DNA of 64,000 bases from Pirellulales bacterium (GTDB lineage: Bacteria; Planctomycetota; Planctomycetia; Pirellulales; JADZDJ01), in contig OY970289.1 in the NCBI GenBank assembly GCA_963716135.1, positions 2,167,462 through 2,231,461 on the forward strand, written 5' to 3'. A model generated the notes under the pieces. The model was not told where the DNA came from and ran no database searches. It saw only the letters and a list, made by a program, of their open reading frames with translations. Both the position numbers and the translations under genes were made by a program. Below, piece by piece: positions 20,522 through 30,626 of the stretch (position 1 is its first letter; the number at the start of each line of letters is the position of its first letter).

Positions 20522-20549
20522 GGCGGAAGGCGGAAGGTGGAAGGCGGAG
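20522..20549. repeat. heptamer tandem repeat (GGCGGAA)x4
   Basis: GGCGGAA GGCGGAA GGTGGAA GGCGGAG lies immediately next to the thiolase start codon (20519), inside the 55-nt FadB-thiolase spacer. The mRNA, transcribed from the minus strand, carries the CU-rich complement. Confidence 0.85.
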
Positions 20550-20574
20550 TTCACTTGAATCCTACGGTCGTGGG

Positions 20575-22727
20575 TCAAGTCGGCGTTTTGCTGTAGAACT
20601 TTTTGTTGGTGCGGGCCATTTCTTCGAGCAGCGGCGTGGGTTTCCAGCGGGCGCCGAGGGATTCGTATGGTTTGATCATTTCCAGAATTTTGGCGGCCCC
20701 CAGCGTGTCGGCCCAGAACAACAGGCCCCCTTTGAACGGAGGAAAGCCGAGGCCGAAGATCAGGCCCAGATCGACGTCGCGCACGTCGCGCACTACTTTG
20801 TCTTCCAGCAAGCGCGTGGCTTCCAGCAGCATGGGCATGAAGAGCCGCGTGGTGAGTTGCTCTTCGGTGTATTTCTGCTTGCCGCGGACCATCGGCTCCA
20901 GAATCGGCGCAGCGCCGGGTCGGGCTGGCCGCGCTCTTTGCCGCCGGGATAGGCGAAGAAGCCGGCGCCGGATTTTTGCCCCAGGCGGCCGGCTTTGATC
21001 AGCGCCGGCACCAAGGGCGATACCACGACGCGGTCGGGAAAGGCGTCGTACATTACTCGGCCGGCGTAAAAGGCGGTGTCGAGCCCGACGACGTCGAAAA
21101 GCGTGATTGGTCCCATCGGCATGCCGAAGTCTTTAGCGGCGCGATCGATGGCGGGGATTTCGGCCCCTTCGAGCAATAGCTCGATCGCCTCGTTCATGTA
21201 GGGGAACAACAGGCGATTGACCAGAAAGCCGGGGCCGTCGTTCACGACAATCGGCGATTTGCCGATCGACTTGGCGTAGGCCACGGCGGTGGCGATGGTT
21301 TCGTCGCTGGATTTCTTGCCGCGAATCACTTCGACCAGCGGCATCCGTCGCACCGGATTGAAGAAGTGGATGCCGCAAAACTGCTCGGGCCGCTTCAGTG
21401 CCTGGGCCAATTGCGTGATCGGAATGGTAGACGTGTTCGAGGCCAGAATCGCGTCTTTATGCAATTGCGGTTCCAGCCGCGCGAACACTTGCCGTTTGAC
21501 GTCGGCATTTTCAACGACCGCTTCGATTACTAAGTCGCAGGCGGCGAGTTCGGCGTCGGTCGATGTGGCGTTGAGCAAGGAAGCGTATTTCACCGCGCGG
21601 TTTGGATCGGGGCCCTTGGTGAGCTTGCTGTAAGAAACCTCTTCGAGAATTCTTTGCACGCCAGCGGCCAGCGCTTTGGGAATGGCGTCGGCCAGCGTCA
21701 CGGGCACGTCGCGGCGCAAATTCGCGGCGGCAATGCCCTGCCCCATGATGCCCGAGCCGATGACGGCCACCGATTTGATGGGGCGCGTGGGGACATTGGA
21801 GCGCTCGACGCCGGTGTCTTTTTTATTACGGTCGGTGAGGAAGAAGACATTGATCAGGGCGCGATTGACCGGCGAGCCGAACAGCGCGGCCATTCCTTCG
21901 GCTTCGGCATTGCAGGCGGAGTTGATGTCTTCTCCCGCCGCGCCGAGCATCACTTCCAGCGCCGCCATGGGGGCCGGGTAGTGACCTTTGGTTTGTTGCT
22001 GGATCACGGCCGACGCGGTCGCGCCCAGAAAGCCCAATTCGGTTTCGTCGATGTCGACGGGTCCGCTGTGGCGCATTCGGTCATCGAGATATTGCTTCGA
22101 TTTTTGCTCGGCGCGCACCAAGCGGATGGCGGCCTCTTGAATTCGCTCGGGCGGAACGACGTCGGTTGCCAGCCCCATTTTGTAGGCGGTGCGGGCGTCG
22201 ATATTCTCACCGCTGGTGACCATTTCCACGGCATTGCCAAGGCCGACCATGCGCGACGATCGTGCCGTGCCGCCCCAGCCGGGGAAGAGGCCGAGTTTGA
22301 CTTCGGGGAATCCGTACTGAGTTTTGGGATCATCGGCCATCACTCGGCGATCGCACCAGATGGCCAGCTCGGCTCCGCCGCCGACGCAAATGCCATCCAC
22401 CGCAGCCACGGTGACGAACGGGGAGTTCGACAACCGCTGGAACAATTTCCGTCCGCGGTGGCACATTTCGGCGACTTCGGATTTCGGCACGTCGAACGAG
22501 GCGGCGAATTCGCGCAGGTCGGCGCCGGCGATGAACATGCCCGGTTTGCCGGAGCGAATCACCAGGCCCGCCAGATCGGTGCGCTTCGCCAGCGTGTCGA
22601 GATGGGCCGAAAGTTCCGCCAGCACGTGCGACGACAGCACGTTGGCCCCTTTCTTCGGGTCGTCGAACGTAAGCAGGGCGATATCGGCTTCGGGAAACGA
22701 CAGCCGAATTACTGCATCGTTGGACAT
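20575..22727 (-). CDS. bifunctional enoyl-CoA hydratase / 3-hydroxyacyl-CoA dehydrogenase (FadB/FadJ-like); frame broken once
   Basis: ORF 20793-23009(-), real from Met95 (ATG 22727): MSNDAVIRLSFPEADIALLTFDDP...FIAGADLREF... (crotonase fold), then ...VAVIGSGIMGQGIA... (NAD-binding 3-HCDH). The C-terminus continues in ORF 20575-20892(-) (MVRGKQKYTEEQLTTRLFMPMLLEATRLLED...GFPPFKGGLLFWAD). The junction is near 20907 (PDPAL / APILEPMVRG). Confidence 0.85.
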
Positions 22728-22893
22728 AAGACAACCTTGGGCACGAGCGTCGCCAAACCGACAGGATAGGCGGGCATTGGTGATCCGTAAACCCGGACCT
22801 GCGGTCGGGCGCCGGCTCCGGCTTGTGCGGTGGGCGCGGGAATCGTTAGAATTCGTGAGCCGTTTGTCTTCTCCAGCGGAGTATCGTTCGCCT

Positions 22894-23463
22894 ATGAATC
22901 GTCGATCACTAACCAACGTCGTGGTGTTCTGCCTGCTAGTGGTGCTGGGTGTGGTCAGCCGCTGGATTGCCGCCGAGAACCAGCCCGGGCTAACGAATTT
23001 TACGGCCATTGGGGCGACGGCGCTATTCGCGGGCTACTATTTTCGCTCCCGACTTGCGGCACTTTTGGTTCCATTGGCCGTGATGGTGATCAGCAATTTG
23101 TGCTTGCGGCAATACAACAATTTCGGGCAACTGGCGATTGTGTACGTGGCGTTGTTGCTGCCCGTGGCGATCGGGATGTTGCTAGCGCGAAATTTGCGGT
23201 GGTGGACGGTGGGCGTGGGGGCGGTCGCTTCGTCCGTGTCGTTCTACCTGCTCACGAACTTTGCCGAATGGGCGTTTTACAATCTCTATCCGCACACCCC
23301 GGCCGGATTGGTTGAAGGCTACGTGGCGGCGATCCCATTCTTCCGCAACACGCTGGCCAGCGATTTGTTGTTTAGCGCGCTGGTCTTCGGCACCTATGCG
23401 CTGGCGGTTTCGGCGGGCATTCTGCCGCGGCGCGCCGAATTGACGCCGGCGCAAGTCCGCTAG
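22894..23463 (+). CDS. small polytopic membrane protein (DUF6580-like; tentative)
   Basis: This is the C-terminal part of ORF 22324-23463(+), starting at ATG 22894. MNRRSLTNVVVFCLLVVLGVVSRW...TAIGATALFAGYYF...LLVPLAVMVISNL... has about 5-6 hydrophobic helices. The upstream part of the ORF is the antisense shadow of the FadB-like gene. Confidence 0.55.
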   Translation: MNRRSLTNVVVFCLLVVLGVVSRWIAAENQPGLTNFTAIGATALFAGYYFRSRLAALLVPLAVMVISNLCLRQYNNFGQLAIVYVALLLPVAIGMLLARNLRWWTVGVGAVASSVSFYLLTNFAEWAFYNLYPHTPAGLVEGYVAAIPFFRNTLASDLLFSALVFGTYALAVSAGILPRRAELTPAQVR

Positions 23464-23813
23464 CATTGTCAGCGGGCCCTTGCTTGCGCTTCGGGCTTTG
23501 CGCTGCGGGCTTTCCGCTGCAGACTTTTGGCGATACCACCGGCACATCCGCTACAGGCCGGAGAATTGTTAAATTTTGACATTCGCCCCTGACGAGTCAC
23601 CTTTAGCGACCTGTGTCGGCAGCCCGTGCTGACGGTGCAGCTAGCGGCCGGCATTCGAAACCGGCCTTGGGGGGGAATGGATGGCGCGGCGACGCTCGGC
23701 AGCCGTTCGGCTGTGATAGCGTTCCCATTGCAACTCGCCACGATATCCGTGCGGCGACAACGTTCCGCCGGATTCCAAACCTCCAAGAGTTTTCTGACGC
23801 TTGGAGAATCTTC

Positions 23814-26800
23814 ATGAGGCGAGGGTTCGTGCGTTCTGTGGCTCTGTGTTGCGGCTTGATCGTGTCGATCAATCAAGCCGTGCTGCCGCTTGCGCACGCC
23901 GCCACCAACACGTGGAATGGCAACAGCGCGACAACCAGCGACTGGACCGACAGCACGAATTGGACCGGCGGCGTGCCCACCAACGACAGCACTGCCGACG
24001 TGATCTTCGGCGGCACCAACCGGCTGGATTCCACGGTGGATACGAACAATCCCTGGAGCATTAAATCGATCACCTTTAACAACACCGCCGGCGCGTTTGA
24101 AATCCAGTTGAACGCACTGCAAATCGACTCCGGCGGCATCACGAACAATAGCACTGAGACGGAAACTTTCGACAACGATATCACCGTCGGTGCATCGCAA
24201 TCGTGGAACGCTGCCAGCGGCGACCTTGTGTTCAACGGTTCGATTACCACAAATGTTTCACTAACCGTGACCGGCGCTAACGACACCACGTTCACAGGTG
24301 CATTTAATGGAAATGGCGGTTTGATCAAGGATGGCGCCGGAAACGCTGATGATGTCGGGTGATGCCAGCGGGTTTTCCGGCGGCGTGACTCTCACTGCGG
24401 GAACATTGAAGGCGGGCTCTGATCCGGGGCTTCCAACAAACGGCTACACGATCAACGGCGGAATACTCGACCTGAACACACACGATTTGACCATCAAAGG
24501 AATCAACGGCAGCGGCGGCGAAGTCAAACTTAATTCCGCTGATTTGACGCTAAATGGAACCGGCAATACGTTCTATGGCGGCGTGATCAGCGGCAGCGGC
24601 GGTTTGATCAAGAGTGGCACCGGACTACAGGAACTCACGGGGGCCAATACCTATACCGGCGGAACCACTGTCACGGCAGGCACCCTGCAAGGCACCGCCG
24701 GCGTCGGCTTGCAGGGAGATATCCACGTCTCCACCGGCGCCACGGTGGCTTTCAGCCCGCAATCAGGCACGGGAACGTATGCCGACGTCGTGGACGGTGA
24801 CGGCACGGTGAACAAAGTTGGCGGCGGCACGGTGATCTTCACCGGCGCGAATACATATACCGGAGGAACCACGGTTACCGGCGGCACCCTACAAGGCGAC
24901 ACGGACAGTTTGCAGGGGGGCGATGCAACTCGAAAGATCGGCATCGCTTCCGGCGCGAATCTGTCGTTCACTCAAAATGCCGACGGCGCGTTTGCCGGAA
25001 CCATCAATGGAACCGGCGGAAACGTGATCAAAGACGGCATCGGCACCGTCTCGCTGACCGGTGCCAATACGTACACAGGGGCCACGTCGATCAGAGCGGG
25101 CACGCTGCAACTGGGCGACAATACCGCGACGGGATCGCTTGATTCCGCGTCGGAGGTGAACATTGCGTCGGGAGCCACGCTGGCCTTCAATCGCAGCGAC
25201 GCGACTCCGGTCGACTTCAATAACAACATCGTCGGCGCCGGCGGGTTGCATCAGGTGGGCACGGCCACCATCGTTCTCGGTGGAACCAATACGTTCACCG
25301 GCGCATCGACCATTGAAGCCGGAACCACCTTGCAAGTCGGCGACGGCGCCACCAATGGCACCTCGGGCTCCGGCGCGATTCAGGACAACGGCACGTTGAT
25401 ATTCGACCGCAGCGACACGGTGACCGCGGACAACAGCATCAGCGGCACCGGCGTGCTGGTAAAAAACGGCGCCGGCACCTTGATTCTCGGCGGCGTCAAT
25501 TCCTATACCGGCGGCACGTCGGTCGCCGCCGGCACATTGCAGGGGACGACGTCGAGCTTGCACGGCAACATCGCCACGGCGGCCGCCACCAGCGTCATCT
25601 TCGATCAGACCACCACCGGCTCTTATGCGGGCGTCATCAGCGGATCGGGATCAGTGGCCAAAAACGGCACGGGCACCGCCGAGCTCTCCGGCGCCAGCAC
25701 CTACACCGGCGGAACCACGGTCAACGACGGAGTGCTCAACGTCAACGGAAGCGTGGCCGGCAATGTCTTTGTCACCGGCGCCGGAACGTTAGGCGGCACC
25801 GGAACGGTCGCCGGAAACGTGGACAACGAAGCCACGGTCGCCCCGGGCAGCGTCGGCAGTCCGATCGACACGCTCCACGTCGGCGGCACGTACACGAACG
25901 AAAGCGGCGCCACGCTCCAGGTGAATATCGATTCCAATCAAAACGGCTCGGTGCTCGACGCCACCGGCGCCGCCACGATCAACGGGGGAACGGTGCTGGT
26001 GAATTCCACCACCGGATCGGCCAATGCGGGCCAGAAGTTTACCTTCCTCACCGCCAGCTCCGTGACCGGCACCTTCGACGACGCGACCACCCAAAACCTT
26101 CCTCCGTTCTTGATTCCGATTTTGGGCTACACCAGCGACACCGCCTTTTTCACGCTGCTGCGCAACGGCGAAACGTATGAAGCCGTCGGCAGAACATTCA
26201 ACCAGCGCACCGTCGGACGCTATTTGGACCAGATTTCGCCCACGGCCAGCGGCGATCTGCAAACGGTTTTCGACGCGCTCAATTCGATCGACGATCCTGA
26301 GCTGCGCTTCGCTGAAAGCCAAATGGCCGGGGCGCTGCACGGCACCTTGGGACAAATCGGCGTGCAAAATACCACGTTGATCGTGGGCCAAGTCGCCCAG
26401 CGGCTGCGCTCCTCCTCGATGACGCCGACCGTCGATCCGTGCTGCTGCCAATGTAATGGGTGCAACCCGGGCATTTGCAGCGGATGTCTCGAACAAGGTC
26501 TTTTCGCGCCGGTGCCGCCTTGTGGCGGAAGTTGTTGGACCGGCTGGGCGCAAGGCTTTGGCCTGGGAGGCGGCGCCAAATCGGACGGCAATGCCGAGGG
26601 GGTCAACTACAGCATGGGCGGCGTCCTGGCGGGCGTCGAACGCTGGTTGGACGACAGCCGGCTGTTGGGCTTCTATGGCGGATACGTCGGCAGCACGGTC
26701 GAGCGGTCCGCGCCTCGTTCGTTTATCAACGGCGGCCACTTCGGCGGCTATCTCTATGCCGACGATTGCTTCAACTATTGGACCTTGATGAACGGTTACG

Positions 26801-27369
26801 AATTCGATTCCTACGCGACCCACCGCACGATCCAATTCGACGACATCGACCGCGAAGCCTCGGCCAATTACAACGGCTGGCAGGCCTATGTCTACGCCGA
26901 ACGCGGCGTCAGCTACGAATCGTGCGGCCGGCTGTTCCAGCCCTTCGTGGCGCTGCAGTATCTGTATTTGCGGCAGAACAGCTTCACGGAACATGGGGCC
27001 AATTCCATCGACCTGGCCTCTGGCGGCGCGAACACCAATTCGCTGCGCAGCTTGCTGGGCGCGCGATACCAGTGGGCTTGGATGCATCGCACCTGCCGCC
27101 GCTCGTTCCCCGAAGTTCACGCTTACTGGTTGCATGAATACATCGATTCGCATTCGCTGGTGGACGCCACCTTCTCGCCGGTCCCGGAAAACGGCGGCAC
27201 TCCGTTTATTGCCCATGGCCTCGATCTCGGCCGCGATTGGGCCGTCGCGGGCGCCAGCTTCACGTGGGAAATGCACGACTGCTGGAGCCTGTTCATCAAC
27301 GGCGACATCCAGACGAACAACCAGGCCACGCTGTATCTCGGCTCCGGCGGCTTGGGCCACGTGTGGTAG
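23814..27369 (+). CDS. classical (type Va) autotransporter with autotransporter-associated beta-strand repeats; frame broken once
   Basis: In ORF 23613-24362(+), the start at ATG 23814 gives MRRGFVRSVALCCGLIVSINQAVLPLAHA (signal peptide). ORF 24331-27369(+) carries many repeats of G.GTL.L.GANTYTGGTTV.AGTLQ. The C-terminal ~270 aa form the beta-barrel domain, with alternating aromatic and Gly strands ending ...LYLGSGGLGHVW. The frame break is at the A-run 24341-24343 (LIKDGAG / TLMMSGD). Confidence 0.85.
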
Positions 27370-27415
27370 CCCGCGGTTGCGGCACTCGCTCAGTGCAGTC
27401 GCGCGCAAGCGTAAC

Positions 27416-27466
27416 CCTTCCGCCCTCCGCCCTCCGCCTTCTGCATTCCGCCTTCCACCTTCTGCC
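27416..27466. repeat. heptamer tandem repeat, 7 units (GGCGGAA family, purine strand is the minus strand)
   Basis: The plus strand reads CCTTCCG CCCTCCG CCCTCCG CCTTCTG CATTCCG CCTTCCA CCTTCTG. It lies 47 nt after the autotransporter stop. Confidence 0.85.
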
Positions 27467-27680
27467 CGTGCATTCTCGTCACATTCGTTTTCTTCTCCCG
27501 CCGTTCATGCGCGGCTTGCTCGCTGGTCGATGTTAAACTCTGCCGGCCATGGATGCCGGGCGGTTCGCGGTGTCGCCGCGCTAGGCTGCGCCGCCAAATC
27601 AAGGGCGATGCGCTTGGCGCCGACATATTCGCAAAAACCCGCACAGAGCGCAACGGAGTGTTCTTGCCCCCGACTTCGTT

Positions 27681-29275
27681 TTGCGAGCGCTTGTGAACCG
27701 TCCGATACCGCCCTATTTGAAGCTCCGCGCAGGCGAAGCTGCCGATCCCTTGCGGCCCGACATCGCCGACCTGGCCTGTCTGGGCGAGTTGTGCCAGGCC
27801 TTTGCCGAAGCCACCGGCTGGCCCCTGCGCTACGTGCCGGAGCCCGAGCCAAGTGAAGACATCGATCTGCTGTGGTCTGCCCCGGTCAACCCGGGCGTTG
27901 GAGTTACTCCCGGACACCTGCGGATCGATTTTTGTTCTTCATCGCTGGCTTCGGAGATGAATCGCTCGGAGTGGCATTCCGCGGAGCGCATGGCCGGCGC
28001 CGTGGCGGAACTGGTCAACGAACTTGTCGCCGCGCGCCACGCCCTGTGGCAGCGCGAGGCCGAGCTGGCGACCGGAGTGCCCGTCACCGCGCACGAAGAT
28101 GAAGAAGGCCATCTGGCGGAGCGCCTGGAGGCCACGCTGCGCGCGGCGCGCAAGCCATCGGCTGCGATTCCGCGGCGCTGTATTTATTAGACGATGCCAC
28201 CAGCCAACTGAAGCTCCGCGCCTGCTGGGGCCTGCCGGTCGCGAAGCTCACGCTGCCGGCCCGCCCGCTGTCGGAGCAAATGGCCGATTTGGAAGCGCTC
28301 CTGGGGCACGCCGTGGCGCTGGAAAGCACCGCCGATATGGTCGGCGCGTGGCAAACTCCCGAGCCCGCGGAGTCCGCCTTGTGTGTGCCCGTCTCCAGTC
28401 CGACGGTGCCCCTGGGCACGCTCTGGTTCTTCTGCCAGCGCGAGCGCGCATTCAGCGACGAGCAAACGAACATGGCCGAGGTGGTGGCGGGCAAAATCGC
28501 CTCCGACCTGGAACGCACGGTGTTGATGCAAGAACAAACCGCACGCGCCGACTTAGAAAAGCAAGTTTCATCAGCCCGCCGCACACAGCAGCATCAACTT
28601 CCCGTCGCCCCGCCCCCATTGGCCGGGTGGAACATCAGCGGCTGGGCCGAACAAGCCGGCCCGCTGGGCGGAGCGTTTTACGATTGGCGGATGCTCGACG
28701 ACTCCTCCCTGATGGTGATGCTCGGCGACGCCTGCGACGGGGGCATCGAAGCGGCCCTGGCCACCGCAGCCCTGCGCGCCGCCCTGCGCGCCGACAATGG
28801 CCGCATGCCCGATCCCGAGGAACTGCTCGAGCGCGCCAATCGAATCCTCTGGGAAAGCACCGCCGGCGGCTGGTGGGCGGGCTTGTGGCTCGGGCAGCTC
28901 GATCTCAACAAGGGCCGCTGCGACTACGTCTCCGCCGGCCGGCCATCCGCCTTGTGGCTGCGCGGCGACGGCTGGGCTTCGCTGGCCAAGCCGGGCGAGC
29001 CGCTGGGAATCGAGCCAACCATCGCCTGGGAACGAAAGCAACTGATAATAAATCCGGGCGAATCGCTGTTCGTCTGCAGCCGCGGCATCACCGAAACGAG
29101 CAACCAGTACGGCGTGCCGCTGGGCGACATCGCCTTATCGCGCGCCCTGCGCAGCGAAATGACTGCGCCGCCGGAACGCATGATCGAGTTGGTGCGCAAC
29201 CTCATCGAAACGCAAGTCCAGCAGACGATCCAGCGCGACCGCAGCATTCTGATCGTCAAACGCCTGCCGGCGTAG
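27681..29275 (+). CDS. GAF domain plus PP2C/SpoIIE-family serine phosphatase; frame broken once
   Basis: ORF 27681-28190(+) provides the N-terminal region with a coiled-coil-like segment. ORF 28280-29275(+) carries ...GGAFYDWRMLDDSSLMVMLGDACDGGIEAALATAALRAAL...YVSAGRPSALWL...ESLFVCSRGITE... (PP2C/SpoIIE). The frame of the second ORF is open upstream and reads AQAIGCDSAALYLLDDATSQLKLRACWGLP (GAF). The junction is near 28138. The start codon is uncertain (TTG 27681). Confidence 0.7.
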
Positions 29276-29485
29276 TTCGAAGCCCGCGGCGCAAGCAAGG
29301 GATCGGGAGGGCGAGGCTCCCGCCGAGCCGCCGCATCTTGACCCACCGCGCCAATGGAATAGACTCCATTTCGGCACCGGCGCTCCCCCTCGCGCTATTT
29401 AGCTCCGGGTCAATGACCCGGGGGTGCGTGCCACCCCAGTTGCAACGTTCGAACGTCAATAGCCGGAGGGCAACGCCCTCCGGAC

Positions 29486-29569
29486 GCGGGAATGGCGGAA
29501 TTGGCAGACGCGCCAGGTTGAGGGCCTGGTGGTAGCAATACCGTGCAGGTTCAAGTCCTGTTTCCCGCA
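29486..29569 (+). tRNA. tRNA-Leu, anticodon GAG (class II, long variable arm)
   Basis: GCGGGAA-TG-GCGGAATTGGCAGACGCG-CCAGG-TTGAGGG-CCTGG-TGGTAGCAATACCGT-GCAGG-TTCAAGT-CCTGT-TTCCCGC-A. The acceptor, anticodon and T stems all pair. A GC hairpin (29463-29483) lies just upstream. Confidence 0.9.
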
Positions 29570-29611
29570 CTCCGCTGAAATCATCCTGATCCCCCACGCC
29601 CGAATCCGACG

Positions 29612-29821
29612 GTGCTTCGCATGCCCCCCGAAGCTGCACTGCAAGCCCAAATCGAGCGCTATCGCGGCATGACCGGGCAAGAGCGCTTGAAGATTGCCTT
29701 GGACCTCCACGAGTTTGCCTGCGAAGTTTCCCGCGCCGGAATCCGCCACCAATTTCCCGACGCCACCGACGAAGAAATTGAACGCCAACTTCGCCAGCGA
29801 ATTCAGTTGAGTAGCCCATGA
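29612..29821 (+). CDS. small hypothetical protein (helical, about 66-69 aa) enclosed by the tRNA-Leu direct repeats
   Basis: ORF 29612-29821(+), starting at GTG 29612 or ATG 29621. MPPEAALQAQIERYRGMTGQERLKIALDLHEFACEVSRAGIRHQFPDATDEEIERQLRQRIQL. Its stop is 6 nt before the repeat copy. I could not assign a family. Confidence 0.45.
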   Translation: MLRMPPEAALQAQIERYRGMTGQERLKIALDLHEFACEVSRAGIRHQFPDATDEEIERQLRQRIQLSSP

Positions 29822-29827
29822 GGCCCC

Positions 29828-29880
29828 GTTGAGGGGCTGGTGGTAGCAATACCGTGCAGGTTCAAGTCCGGTTTCCCGCA
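29828..29880 (+). repeat. truncated duplicate of the tRNA-Leu 3' half (att-like direct repeat; not a functional tRNA)
   Basis: 51 of 53 nt are identical to 29517-29569 (GTTGAGGG.CTGGTGGTAGCAATACCGTGCAGGTTCAAGTCC.GTTTCCCGCA). There is no 5' acceptor or D arm upstream, and one mismatch breaks the T stem. Confidence 0.85.
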
Positions 29881-29887
29881 TTCTTTT

Positions 29888-30616
29888 TTACCGCAGCCGG
29901 CGATTCTTGAAGGCTGCAAGTGAGATGCCGGCCAGCGCGATTAACACGAGGCCACTCGGTTCCGGCACGGCGGTGATGTTGTCCATGCCAAACGAAATCT
30001 GCGGGCCGGTGCTCAAAAACTGGTCACCGACCAGCACGGCGCTCGTGGCGTCGAGGATGCGGAAATCGAGCACGTTGGCCTTCAGCGTGCTGAACGCCGG
30101 CGGAGCGTGCGCTGGGCTGCCGGCGCTGACGGCCGTCATGTTGGCCGCATCGAAGAGGAACGTAACCGCGTGCCAGTTGCCGTCGGAGGGCAAGCTGTAC
30201 GGAGTTGTCGATACATAGCCGGCGGAATTGTTGGCAGTGCCCTCGCGCACCGCCAGCCGCATCGACAAGCTATTCACGGCGCCAGTGGCGTTGGATGCCG
30301 GGCTCATCAGGCCCAGCGTAATGGCGGTGATGTCGCTGAAATCGCCCAGCCACTGCACGTCGTTGGAGGCCAACAGTCGCGGGGCATTGGAGGCTCCACC
30401 CGAATTGAACTGCAAATATTGATCTCCAGCGCCAGCGGGGCCGCCAGTGCTGATAATCTCCTGGCCGACAGCCATCATGGCCGAGCCGCCGCCGAGCCAA
30501 TTGTTCAATTGCCCATCGTTAAAGTCATCGACTTGGCCGACGGGAATGACGGATGCCCGTGCGGTCAATGTTGCCGCGAGAGTAAAAACGATTGCGAAGC
30601 GAAAGTAGTTCATCAT
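29888..30616 (-). CDS. PEP-CTERM sorting-domain protein (putative exosortase substrate)
   Basis: ORF 29888-30694(-), with the start taken at MMNYFRFAIVFTLAATLTARA (30616). The C-terminus ...ITAVPEPSGLVLIALAGISLAAFKNRRLR shows VPEP, a TM helix and a basic tail. Confidence 0.85.
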   Translation of the reverse strand: MMNYFRFAIVFTLAATLTARASVIPVGQVDDFNDGQLNNWLGGGSAMMAVGQEIISTGGPAGAGDQYLQFNSGGASNAPRLLASNDVQWLGDFSDITAITLGLMSPASNATGAVNSLSMRLAVREGTANNSAGYVSTTPYSLPSDGNWHAVTFLFDAANMTAVSAGSPAHAPPAFSTLKANVLDFRILDATSAVLVGDQFLSTGPQISFGMDNITAVPEPSGLVLIALAGISLAAFKNRRLR

Positions 30617-30626
30617 TGCAGGTTGC

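Noticed and set aside
22324-22893. The N-terminal 190 aa of ORF 22324-23463(+) as part of a 379-aa protein.
   Set aside because: That part overlaps the FadB-like gene in antisense and is compositionally non-protein-like. A good ATG at 22894 begins the hydrophobic membrane protein.
29828-29880. A second tRNA-Leu gene.
   Set aside because: Only the anticodon-loop-to-3'-end portion is present. No matching 5' acceptor or D arm lies upstream, and one substitution disrupts the T stem. I treat it as a direct-repeat remnant.
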